A stretch of DNA of 64,000 nucleotides, taken from positions 6,649-70,648 of the forward strand of contig CAZCXK010000002.1 of NCBI GenBank assembly GCA_964502605.1, in the 5' to 3' direction. Below are positions 1 through 10,194 of this stretch, in pieces. Source of the stretch: an uncultured bacterium (GTDB lineage Bacteria; Cyanobacteriota; Cyanobacteriia; CAZCXK01). Positions within the stretch are counted from its first letter, which is position 1. Each line of letters starts with the position of its first letter. The notes under the pieces are model-generated. The model was not told the origin of the DNA. It did no database searches and saw only the letters and a program-made list of their open reading frames with translations. Made by a program: the position numbers and the translations under genes.

Positions 1-183
1 AACACTACCCGTCTGGATGTCACTGCATCCCAGCTTGGCATCCAGGCCATTCAAGTCAGGTCTTATTTAGAAGCGATCGGGATGTTAGTGGCTCATCGGG
101 CTGGCATTAGTGTTGAGGCTCTGCAGGCTCAAATCAAGCCAATCAAACCTCTGACCGAACTTCCCATCAACGAGTTGATGTAG
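1..183 (+). CDS. 3' end of an unidentified CDS entering from the left edge
   Basis: Frame 1 is open from base 1 to TAG at 181-183 (...AHRAGISVEALQAQIKPIKPLTELPINELM*). No family recognised. It competes with antisense ORF 85..294. Confidence 0.3.
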   Translation, partial: NTTRLDVTASQLGIQAIQVRSYLEAIGMLVAHRAGISVEALQAQIKPIKPLTELPINELM

Positions 184-454
184 CATAATCTTGACGGTTG
201 CAAAACCATGCTGCAAGAAATAGCTTGGAAATGTTAGGTTTGAGCTGGATTGCCTGACTTTCATTGCCTTTGAGTAGCCAGGCATCCGAATCACACAATT
301 TCTCCTAACGTTGCTACTTCTCCTAACGTTGCTACGCTACGTCAATCAGACTTGAGATGAGGTGATGTTCCCTCAAGGCCCGGTTCACTTATCCATATTG
401 ACGGGTATGTATTTTCCAAAATCACTGTAGAACTTCTTTTCGTTTAACCTAGCC

Positions 455-1033
455 GTGACTAAGCCCTTTTCACCCGAGCCTCACGTCGAACCCCTGTCGC
501 GCATCCAAATCTTGATTGCGATGGGAATTACGGCAATTGTTTTATTGATTGTTTCGCGCCTCTGGCTGTTGGTGTCGCCCTACTCGCTCCTGCCGCTCAA
601 TATATCATTAGAAACCGTAGCGATCGGGTTGGGCTTGGGCTTGGGCATTACTGCCATCAGTGGTTTGGCATACCGGCTTTGGCCGGCCTATCGCAACAGT
701 GCCGATATATATCTGACTCTGGTCATCCGCCCGCTCCTATGGGCAGATCTGGTCTGGCTTGGGCTGCTGCCGGGGCTGAGTGAAGAGTTGCTATTTCGGG
801 GTGTCATTCTGCCCTCGATTGGGCTTAACCTATTTGGAATTGTGGTCTCAGGGGTATGTTTTGGAGTGCTCCACTTTAGCGGTGCACAGCAGTGGCCCTA
901 TGTAATTTGGGCTGCCGTAATTGGCATCTTGCTGGGGGCAAGTGCTGTCACAACGGGCAGTCTTTTAGTGCCGATTCTGGCTCATGTGACCACCAACTTG
1001 GTCTCAAGCTGTGTCTGGAAATTTAGCAACTAG
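455..1033 (+). CDS. CPBP (CAAX-protease-like) intramembrane metalloprotease family protein
   Basis: 192-aa polytopic membrane ORF with a GTG start. It carries the CPBP motifs SEELLFRG, FGVLHF and AHVTTN. Confidence 0.8.
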   Translation: MTKPFSPEPHVEPLSRIQILIAMGITAIVLLIVSRLWLLVSPYSLLPLNISLETVAIGLGLGLGITAISGLAYRLWPAYRNSADIYLTLVIRPLLWADLVWLGLLPGLSEELLFRGVILPSIGLNLFGIVVSGVCFGVLHFSGAQQWPYVIWAAVIGILLGASAVTTGSLLVPILAHVTTNLVSSCVWKFSN

Positions 1034-1076
1034 GGCGATCGCCCCATCGGGGCCCAGTTGTCACAAGACCATTGGC

Positions 1077-1349
1077 TTAGCCTAGTGATGAAGGCCCGAC
1101 CCGATGAATGCAGCCATCGTGAATGGCATCTCTCAAAATAGAGATCAACGTGCGATCGCGACGAGATAAATTTCCAGAATGGATCAGGCTCTGGATGCGG
1201 GTTTCGACCGCCGGAGGAAGCTCACCAAAGGCTAAGGCATTGCGAACATAGTCTTCCAATGTTTCAGATGTAGCGTCGTCGTAAAACATATTCATGATGC
1301 GCGCAGGAGATAAGCTGATGATATAAACTTCATCTCCTTTGGCCATCAT
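1077..1349 (-). CDS. small hypothetical protein (90 aa)
   Basis: Clean ORF 53 bp downstream of the ABC exporter on the same strand. No motif recognised. Confidence 0.5.
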   Translation of the reverse strand: MMAKGDEVYIISLSPARIMNMFYDDATSETLEDYVRNALAFGELPPAVETRIQSLIHSGNLSRRDRTLISILRDAIHDGCIHRVGPSSLG

Positions 1350-1402
1350 TCCTGATCGGGTCGCTGCCGCATCAACCTGCCCAGATCAATCTATGCAGAT
1401 CG

Positions 1403-3277
1403 TTAACGGCTCATCCCCATTTGCACTTGCCATAGGTTGGCGTAGATGCCATTTTGGGTAATCAACTCCTCATGGGTGCCCCGTTCAACCAGCGCTCCAT
1501 GTTCCATCACATAAATACAATTGGCATTGCGAATGGTAGAGAGGCGGTGGGCGATCGCGATGGTCGTGCGGTTTTGGGTAATTTTTTCGAGCGATCGCTG
1601 AATAGCTGCTTCTGTTTCATTATCAACCGCTGACGTCGCTTCATCGAGAATCAAAATCGGCGGATCTTTCAGCACAGCTCGGGCGATCGCAATGCGCTGT
1701 CGTTGCCCACCCGATAGGCGCTGCCCCCGTTCGCCCACAATGGTGTCATACCCCTGAGGCAGTTGCTCAATAAACTCATGGGCTTCGGCAACGCGAGCCG
1801 CTTGCTCGATTTCTAGCGCGGTCGCTCCTAGACTGCCATAGGCAATATTGTCCGCAACCGTGCCATGAAATAGAAACACATCTTGACTAACTAACCCAAC
1901 AGCTCGCCGCAAGTCTCGAATGTAAATATCCCGAATGTTGATTCCATCCAGGGCGATCGCCCCCGACTCGATTTCATACAGTCGTAGGAGTAGCTTGACC
2001 AATGTGCTTTTACCGGAACCCGTTGAACCCACCACCGCAATCGTTTGACCCGCTGGAATATGCAGCGACAGCTCTTGAATCACGGGCAATCGGTCTTGAT
2101 AGGCAAAGGTGATGCGCTGAATTGAAATATCGCCGTCTACCAGTTCCTTTGGCACTGCCAAATGCCCAGGATGAGTGGTAATCGGCGTATCCAGTAGGTT
2201 CATGACGCGAGTTGTTGACGCCATTGCTCGTTGATATTGATCCAGCGTCTCCCCCAGGCGAGTCAGGGGCCACAGCAGCCGCTGAGTAATAAACACCAAG
2301 ACACTATAGGTGCCGACTGAGAGTTGCCCTCCAACGGTTGCGAGTCCACCATAAAATAGGGTTGCGGTAAAGCCGATTAAAATCACGATGCGAATCAGCG
2401 GCACAAATGCCGCACTCAGGGCGATCGCCCGGCGATTGCTTTGCCGATAGGCATCACTTTCTAGGTTGACTCGTTCCAGCTCATACTCTTCAGTGGTAAA
2501 ACTCTTAATCGTGGTGATGCCGCTGAGGTTATTCGAGAGACGACTATTCAAAATGCCAACGCGATCGCGCACAGCAGCATACAGCGGTGCTAAGGTGCGC
2601 TGAAATGCGATCGATCCCCACAGAATAAATGGCATGGGCAACATCGCCATCCAGGCAACCCCCGGAGCCAGCACAAAGAAAGCCCCGCCCACAATCACAA
2701 CTGTCGTCGTCACTTGCAGAATTTCGTTCGCACCCACGTCTAAAAACCGCTCAAGCTGGTTGATGTCATCATTCAAAACTGACATCAATGCTCCGGTACT
2801 CCGCGCCTCAAAGTAAGCCAGATCGAGTTCCTGCAAATGGCCATAGGCGTCTAGCCGCAAATCATGCTGAATCGTCTGGGCTAGATTGCGCCACAGTCGA
2901 GCATAGGCATACTCAAACGTAGACTCTAACCCCCAAATAATGAGCGTCAACACCGAGAGGGCCAACAGTTGCCCGGTAATGGTTTCAATACCAAAGGCAG
3001 TCGCCAGCCATGAATCATTTTGCTGGACGACTACATCAACAGCCATCCCAATCAGCACTGGGGGAGCCAAATCAAAGACTTTATTCAAAATAGAACACAC
3101 AGATGCCAGTCGAATCTGTTGCCGATAGGCTCGACCATATCGGAAGAGCCGCTGAAGTGGATGCAGTGGCTGACGGTGTGCTGATGATAACAGTGCTGCT
3201 GATTGCACCGAATCATGCGGATTATACGGATCATGCTGAGAGGTCTGGTATGGTGTTGTCCCCATTGGGTTGCTCAA
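1403..3277 (-). CDS. ABC exporter, fused permease/ATPase (MsbA/MdlB-like)
   Basis: N-terminal multi-TM exporter domain followed by a nucleotide-binding domain: Walker [10 protein letters not shown], signature LSGGQRQR, Walker [12 protein letters not shown]-loop AHRLST. Confidence 0.9.
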   Translation of the reverse strand: MSNPMGTTPYQTSQHDPYNPHDSVQSAALLSSAHRQPLHPLQRLFRYGRAYRQQIRLASVCSILNKVFDLAPPVLIGMAVDVVVQQNDSWLATAFGIETITGQLLALSVLTLIIWGLESTFEYAYARLWRNLAQTIQHDLRLDAYGHLQELDLAYFEARSTGALMSVLNDDINQLERFLDVGANEILQVTTTVVIVGGAFFVLAPGVAWMAMLPMPFILWGSIAFQRTLAPLYAAVRDRVGILNSRLSNNLSGITTIKSFTTEEYELERVNLESDAYRQSNRRAIALSAAFVPLIRIVILIGFTATLFYGGLATVGGQLSVGTYSVLVFITQRLLWPLTRLGETLDQYQRAMASTTRVMNLLDTPITTHPGHLAVPKELVDGDISIQRITFAYQDRLPVIQELSLHIPAGQTIAVVGSTGSGKSTLVKLLLRLYEIESGAIALDGINIRDIYIRDLRRAVGLVSQDVFLFHGTVADNIAYGSLGATALEIEQAARVAEAHEFIEQLPQGYDTIVGERGQRLSGGQRQRIAIARAVLKDPPILILDEATSAVDNETEAAIQRSLEKITQNRTTIAIAHRLSTIRNANCIYVMEHGALVERGTHEELITQNGIYANLWQVQMGMSR

Positions 3278-3368
3278 TCAAGGAGGAGTAGATACGTAGG
3301 TACACGCCTGAAATCAAAGGTGTGGGCGGTAATGCCCTTATCCTACGTTACCGTGATGAGCCCTCAGT

Positions 3369-3590
3369 TTAGATCAAAAGCAAGATCAGCAAAATCATGA
3401 TGCAGGTAGCAACCAAGCCACTTGGGGCTTCAGAGGCAGATGCGCTCGGTGTATCTGCAGGATCTGTGATCTGCCGCTGAAAATCACAATTAAGGCAGTG
3501 ATATTGATTGGCTGACGCTTCGACAATGCTATGTTTGCCGCATTTCGGGCATTCCAGCGACTGTTGCAATGTGGGTTGATTAGGCTTCAT
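3369..3590 (-). CDS. tail-anchored zinc-ribbon protein (73 aa)
   Basis: CPKCG...CLNC zinc-ribbon pair, a Ser/Ala-rich linker, and a C-terminal hydrophobic helix LVATCIMILLILLLI. Lies 91 bp upstream of the ABC exporter on the same strand. Confidence 0.5.
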   Translation of the reverse strand: MKPNQPTLQQSLECPKCGKHSIVEASANQYHCLNCDFQRQITDPADTPSASASEAPSGLVATCIMILLILLLI

Positions 3591-3923
3591 CGTCAGGACT
3601 CCATGTAGGGGGCATACATCAGGAGGTTGATGTTACTCAAGTCCTTCAATATGAGCGGATTGGTTTCCAGAAATGACCACCCATCATGTGTTGATTCATA
3701 TCACTTCGTCACATAATCCTTAAATGAATGTAAATGCCAGATTAGGAATACTCTGAGTGTTGACGAGTACTCTGGTGGCGGCTGAGACTGAAAACTGTTA
3801 CATATAAAGGCGATCGCCCCTGAGTCAGCGTCCCATGCTCACAATCTAGTCTGGGCGAAGCCTCAGATAATCGATCTACACTTGATCAATCGCTTTTATT
3901 TATTCTTCAAACTGGCTGATCGC

Positions 3924-4745
3924 ATGGGCACTTCTCTCAACGTAAACAGCAGCAACTTTGATTTAGACGTCTTGCAACAATCCTTCGAAAAACCTGTCTT
4001 AGTAGACTTTTTTGCTCAGTGGTGTGGGCCGTGCCAAATGCTGAAGCCCCTGCTGGAGCGGCTTGCTCAAGAGTATGATTTCGTGTTGGCCAAGGTAGAT
4101 ATTGACCAGAATCAAGACTTGGCCAGCATCTACCACATTGAGGGCGTGCCCGATGTCCGCATTGTCAACCAAGGAACTGTGCAGCCAGGATTTGTGGGAG
4201 TATTGCCAGAGCCGAAACTGAGGGAGTTGTTGGTGCAGCTTGGCCTCAAATCTGGCTTAGAAACCGGATTGGAGGCAGTGCAGTCGGCCATGGCGACAGG
4301 GGATATTGATCAGGCTAAGTCTCTGCTCAAGCAGCTATTGACGCAATATCCAACAAACTCACAGTTGCAGATCAATGCCGCTCAGTTTTTGATGTCGGTG
4401 AATGATGTCGATGCAGCAGAGGCCGTTCTGGGCGTGATTCAAGCAGGCGATCGCCAATATTTCAAAACGACAGAAGCCATGCGAGGTCTCATTCAACTCA
4501 AGCGCATCACCCTCGACCCAGTGATTGAACATGAGCTTGATCAGGTGTTTGTTAATGCCGCGCGCTCGACGCTAGACGGAGATTATGAGACAGCTCTCCA
4601 GCTATTTCTTGAAGTTACCAGCCGCGATCGCACTTATAAAAATGAAGCTGCACGCAAAGCAATGCTGACCGTGTTTGACATGATCGGCGACGACCACCCG
4701 CTCACTCGACATTATCGTAAGCAACTCATGCTCATGCTCTATTAG
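3924..4745 (+). CDS. thioredoxin-domain protein with helical/TPR-like C-terminal domain (YbbN/CnoX-like)
   Basis: WCGPC active-site motif in a thioredoxin fold, followed by about 180 aa of helical domain. ATG at 3924 is preferred over the TTG at 3882 used by the ORF track. Confidence 0.8.
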   Translation: MGTSLNVNSSNFDLDVLQQSFEKPVLVDFFAQWCGPCQMLKPLLERLAQEYDFVLAKVDIDQNQDLASIYHIEGVPDVRIVNQGTVQPGFVGVLPEPKLRELLVQLGLKSGLETGLEAVQSAMATGDIDQAKSLLKQLLTQYPTNSQLQINAAQFLMSVNDVDAAEAVLGVIQAGDRQYFKTTEAMRGLIQLKRITLDPVIEHELDQVFVNAARSTLDGDYETALQLFLEVTSRDRTYKNEAARKAMLTVFDMIGDDHPLTRHYRKQLMLMLY

Positions 4746-4863
4746 TCTGGGCCTTTTTGGCAATCACTCGTCTTGAAGGGAATAGTTATCAATTAATGGG
4801 AATACTAACGGGCAGAATCACTCAAAAAAATTATGCCCGTCTGTTGTTCGCCGGATTTCATCA

Positions 4864-6606
4864 ATGTCTTCACTCTTCTATTGGCTGTTCAGGTCAGACT
4901 ATATCCCCCACGGACATTGTTACCTTTGGCAACCCCGGCTGGTTAGCCTACACCTAATCTCTGATTTGCTGACGGCGATCGCCTACTTCAGTATTTCAGT
5001 ATTGCTGCTTATCTTTCTCAAACGCCGAAAAGACATCCCGTTTGGAGGAACATTTGCTCTATTTGGAGCCTCCATTTTCTGCTGCGGATTAACCCATGCA
5101 ATTGAGATTTGGCTACTTTGGCATCCGATGTATTGGCTCTCAGGCACGGTCAAAGCGGTTACAGCAGTCATATCATTGTTTACCGTCATTGAGATCATAA
5201 AGGTTTTGCCAAAGGCTTTGAATCTAACTAGCCCAGCAGAGCTGGAAACGGCCAATCAGACCTTGAGCCAGCAGATTCAAGAACGACGGCAGGTCGAGGA
5301 AAATCTACGGCAATCTGCGGCCATGCTGCAAAGATACATCGAATTTGAGTCGTTACTCAAACGCATTACCGATAAAGTCAGAGACTCTCTCGATGAGCGC
5401 CAAATTCTACAGGCTGCTGTGCAAGAGTTAGGACGAGGTCTAAACGTTAAATCGTGCAATGCAGCGATATACGATGTTTCTGCGGGCACCTCAACTGTGT
5501 TCTATGAGCACACCACCTCCACGGTGCCTGTGCAGGGTCGCATTATGAGCATGGCGACCTCTCCCGAAATCTATGATCAACTCTTGTCAGGTCAATATTT
5601 TCAGTGCTGTTCGCTGTTGCCCAATGCCGATCGCGGACGCGTTGCAATGCTAGCCTGCCCGATGATTGATGACCAGGGCGTATTGGGAGATCTGTGGCTG
5701 ATCAAAAATCAAACCTATGCCTTCCAAGATTCAGAATTACGCCTGGTGCAGCAAGTTGCTAACCAATGTGCGATTGCCATTCGTCAAGCTCGACTTTATC
5801 AAGCAGCTCAGGCACAAGTTCAAGAGCTGATTCGCCTCAATCAGCTCAAAGATGACTTTTTGAGCACAGTCTCCCATGAACTTAGAACGCCTGTCGCTAA
5901 TATCAAAGTCGCCAGTCGCATGCTGGAATTGACCCTAGATCAGCTCAATAGCAGCGGCATGACCGAGTCAACGTCTGTGCCATTGACCACAAAAGTCAAT
6001 CATTATCTCAGCATCCTCCAAAGCGAGTGTCAGCGCGAAATTCGACTGATCGAAGACTTGCTTGATCTCAGACGAATGGAAGACAGCCGAGTGCCATTAT
6101 CAATCCAGTCTATTGATTTGCACACATGGCTCCCCACAATCATCAAGCCGTTTGAGGCGCTAGCTCAGACCCGCCAGCAGACACTGACTCTCGCTCCATT
6201 CAAGGCAAACCCGCCCACGCTCGCCACAGACCCCATTAGCTTGGAGCGCGCTCTTACGGAACTTTTACAAAATGCTTGCAAATACACGCCATCTGGAGAA
6301 TCTATTCACCTAGACATTGAAAATTCATTCCAGACGGTTTACTTCAAAATCACCAATACAGGCGTTGAAATTCCGAGTTGTGAAATTTCTCAGATTTTCA
6401 ACAAGTTTTATCGAATTCCCAGTGCTGATCCCTGGAAACAGGGGGGCACAGGCCTAGGACTGGCTCTCGTGGAAAAGCTTGCTATGAGCCTAGGCGGGAC
6501 AATCGCAGTCCGTAGCCACTCCAATCAAACCATATTTACTCTGGCGCTGCCTCACCGTCCGAGCGTCGAATCGGCAACCTATCCTAACTCAGCCATCCCC
6601 AGTTGA
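4864..6606 (+). CDS. sensor histidine kinase with ethylene-receptor-like (ETR1-type) N-terminal membrane domain, GAF domain, HisKA and HATPase
   Basis: The N-terminus (ISDLLTAIAYFSIS...FGASIFCCGLTHAIEIW...TVKAVTAVIS) aligns with ETR1 (ISDFFIAIAYFSIP...FGAFIVLCGATHLINLW...TAKVLTAVVS). A coiled coil and GAF-like region follow, then the H-box STVSHELRTP and G-box GGTGLGLALV. Confidence 0.85.
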   Translation: MSSLFYWLFRSDYIPHGHCYLWQPRLVSLHLISDLLTAIAYFSISVLLLIFLKRRKDIPFGGTFALFGASIFCCGLTHAIEIWLLWHPMYWLSGTVKAVTAVISLFTVIEIIKVLPKALNLTSPAELETANQTLSQQIQERRQVEENLRQSAAMLQRYIEFESLLKRITDKVRDSLDERQILQAAVQELGRGLNVKSCNAAIYDVSAGTSTVFYEHTTSTVPVQGRIMSMATSPEIYDQLLSGQYFQCCSLLPNADRGRVAMLACPMIDDQGVLGDLWLIKNQTYAFQDSELRLVQQVANQCAIAIRQARLYQAAQAQVQELIRLNQLKDDFLSTVSHELRTPVANIKVASRMLELTLDQLNSSGMTESTSVPLTTKVNHYLSILQSECQREIRLIEDLLDLRRMEDSRVPLSIQSIDLHTWLPTIIKPFEALAQTRQQTLTLAPFKANPPTLATDPISLERALTELLQNACKYTPSGESIHLDIENSFQTVYFKITNTGVEIPSCEISQIFNKFYRIPSADPWKQGGTGLGLALVEKLAMSLGGTIAVRSHSNQTIFTLALPHRPSVESATYPNSAIPS

Positions 6607-7024
6607 AATGCTGCGATTGGCTCAGCTGCAACTCGGAGTCGCCGATTACAATATCTCTCAACACTGCAATAATGCGATCGCTATTAGGTGATGCAAAGAC
6701 CTGCTCTTGCAGCGTTTGGAGATGGTCATCAATGATCTGCCGAGCCTCTGTATCTGATGTCACAGCCTCTAGCGCCACACTCAAATCAGCCATTCCAGTT
6801 CTCAGCAGTTCCAGTTCTGGATCGGTCGGCAAATAGTTAAGAAATTCGGCGATCGCCTCCTGAGTTTGATCTGCTAGCAGCGGCACCTCTCTGCGAGTGA
6901 ATGTAATTTCGCGCACCCCAGCCTGCTGGACAGTTGCAGACTGTAAAACACCACTAGCTTGAGCAGACTCACTGACAGGCGTAAACAGAGTTAAAGCTGA
7001 AAAGGCGAGACAGGCAACACACAT
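6584..7024 (-). CDS. hypothetical secreted protein (146 aa)
   Basis: N-terminal signal-peptide-like segment ACLAFSALTLFTPVSESAQA. Its 3' end overlaps the convergent kinase gene by 23 bp. No family recognised. Confidence 0.45.
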   Translation of the reverse strand: MCVACLAFSALTLFTPVSESAQASGVLQSATVQQAGVREITFTRREVPLLADQTQEAIAEFLNYLPTDPELELLRTGMADLSVALEAVTSDTEARQIIDDHLQTLQEQVFASPNSDRIIAVLRDIVIGDSELQLSQSQHFNWGWLS

Positions 7025-7350
7025 TCCGCATTCATCTCCTCAAAACACTACGTCGTTACGATGCAATATACATTGCCCAACACCTTATCACAGGAATTAA
7101 ACTAAACCATCAGGATAAAACAGCAAACCAAACTCTTAACGATCAATTGGGGGCAATGATTAAGCTACGGTGCCTGATTGACGGGCAAAACTATTTACGA
7201 CCCATATCCTGCATTGGGTCAGGCGACCTGCCCCCTTACATCAGATGAACTACTCTAAGGGTGCGGTTTCCGTATCCCATGCAGAATTTTTTTTGTCAAT
7301 CAACCAGACTACTGTGCTCAATATCCTCTTTCAGACCCGATATCGAGGGG

Positions 7351-8454
<1,104 letters not shown>

Positions 8455-8701
8455 TCATTAATATCGGGTGATTCATTCATTTATCAATGAGGTAGCCCGT
8501 TGCGATCAGTGTAGGCTAACAACTGCATCAACCCGGTCGGTCTTAAGAATCAGACAATAAGTTAGACCCAGATTGACAGAGATTCTCCTGGTAAGCTGAG
8601 TTGCGTTTAAGCAGCAGATGCCGTAATGCTTCTCAGGCGCTACATCTAACCATATCTGCGGCTGACTTTAGCTTCAGAAGACTCGCCAAATTTTCTCTGA
8701 C

Positions 8702-9220
8702 TTATTTATTAAGGAACTCAAACAAACCATCGTCTAGTTCATATCCTAAAGTTTTGATCATCAGTTTCAATTTGTTGCGCCCACTGAGATCGTTTTGCTT
8801 GAGCCATGCCGTAATTACGAACACTTTGTGCATGACAAAGATTTCCAGCGCTTCTGGATTGTACTGAATTCCATCCGTTGGGCTAAATTGATGGGGCACG
8901 AGCATGGCCGCATAGCGGGATAATTCTCCAGATTCCCAATCAAGCAGATAGGGAAGCCAGGGATATTGAGCATCCAGACGAATAAACCATAGCCGGATTT
9001 CAGGAATCTCAGATAGCTCTCGCGGATCATCAGGAGCACGAGGGTAGTCAATCTTGAATTGCCAGGGATGATCAGACAAGGTGGCGATCGCCCCTGAGGT
9101 CATCGCACTCTCAATCAGAGACTGAGCAGGAGCCAGATCCAGTGCGTTAATCGGCTCTGCAGTTAGAAAAATTGTAGGAGTTGCCATTAAGCCACTAATT
9201 GCTGCTGATACAAACGGCAT
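8702..9220 (-). CDS. conserved hypothetical protein, possibly CRR6/DUF1817-like (NdhI maturation factor family)
   Basis: The segment DPRELSEIPEIRLWFIRLDAQYPWLPYLLDWESGELSRYAAMLVPHQF resembles the CRR6 family as I remember it, unverified. The start is uncertain (9271, 9220 or 9187). Confidence 0.45.
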   Translation of the reverse strand: MPFVSAAISGLMATPTIFLTAEPINALDLAPAQSLIESAMTSGAIATLSDHPWQFKIDYPRAPDDPRELSEIPEIRLWFIRLDAQYPWLPYLLDWESGELSRYAAMLVPHQFSPTDGIQYNPEALEIFVMHKVFVITAWLKQNDLSGRNKLKLMIKTLGYELDDGLFEFLNK

Positions 9221-9510
9221 GTCTACTAGCCTAAGACAGCATGGGGCGATCCAAGAAGATGTCATCTTCAAAATGGACTAACACGATCCCCCCTTTGCAA
9301 TACCCAGTGGGCTCGGTAGACATTTACAGAGATTTAAAGTAAAGTTGTACTGAGTCCGCATAAGGGCTTATGCTGAGTCGAGTGACTGGTGAATTGTCGT
9401 CATATGGATTAGATGAGAGCTCACTAAATCAAGATCCTGAAGCTATCACACTGTTAACGAGCTAAACAGTTAGTACCTCAAGTTAAAAATAGAAGTGAGT
9501 GTCGTTTGAT

Positions 9511-9975
9511 ATGCAAAGTGAAGTATCTGCCAGAAAGCCCATTCGTTCATTGGAAGATGCCCTGGATCGCTGTCAGGCATTAGGAATGCGCGTGAGCAAA
9601 CAGCGGCGATTTATTTTGGAATTACTCTGGCAGGAGAAGCAGCATCTGTCAGCTCGTGAAATTTATGACCTCCTCAATCAACAAGGCAAAGAGATTGGAC
9701 ACACATCGGTCTACCAAAATCTCGAAGCATTATCTGGTCAGAATATTATTGAGTGCATTGAGCGCTCAGACGGTCGCCTATATGGTAATATCAGCGACTC
9801 CCATAGCCATATCAACTGTCTAGATACAGATCAAATTTTGGATGTGCATGTCACTTTACCTGACGAGTTTCTGTCTCAGATCGAGCAGCAAACGGGTATG
9901 CGAATTACGGACTATCGTATTGACTTTTTTGGTTATCAAGCTGAGCAGCACTCATCAGTAAACGAGTCTGCCTAG
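9511..9975 (+). CDS. Fur-family transcriptional regulator
   Basis: Winged-helix region (RFILELLW...LSAREIYDLL...HTSVYQNLEAL) and an HSHINC metal-site motif. ATG 9511 is preferred over GTG 9499. Confidence 0.8.
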   Translation: MQSEVSARKPIRSLEDALDRCQALGMRVSKQRRFILELLWQEKQHLSAREIYDLLNQQGKEIGHTSVYQNLEALSGQNIIECIERSDGRLYGNISDSHSHINCLDTDQILDVHVTLPDEFLSQIEQQTGMRITDYRIDFFGYQAEQHSSVNESA

Positions 9976-10194
9976 CTCGACCCTGCAAGGCTGACAGCGT
10001 TCTGTTGCCTGTAATGCATACTACTGCAGAAATTTTTGTCGCGATCTGTAGCTACGCGATCTGTAGCTAATTGTAAGAAGCTATTCGTTTTACAGTGATC
10101 CCTGCTCTACACTGAAGTCTAAGTCATTGGGGGCTAGATTCTCGATAATCTGCCTATTACAATCAAACACAAATGGCAGCAGTTCTATCCCGTA

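Noticed and set aside
85-294. 69-aa minus-strand ORF at the left edge
   Set aside because: It overlaps the open plus-strand frame running in from the edge, it has no recognisable features, and no SD is evident.
2010-3291. Multiple short ORFs on both strands inside the ABC exporter gene, with similar nested ORFs inside tex, rnj, tig, leuA, the CHASE2 kinase and HerA
   Set aside because: They are nested in or antisense to long ORFs with strong family motifs. They are typical spurious frames.
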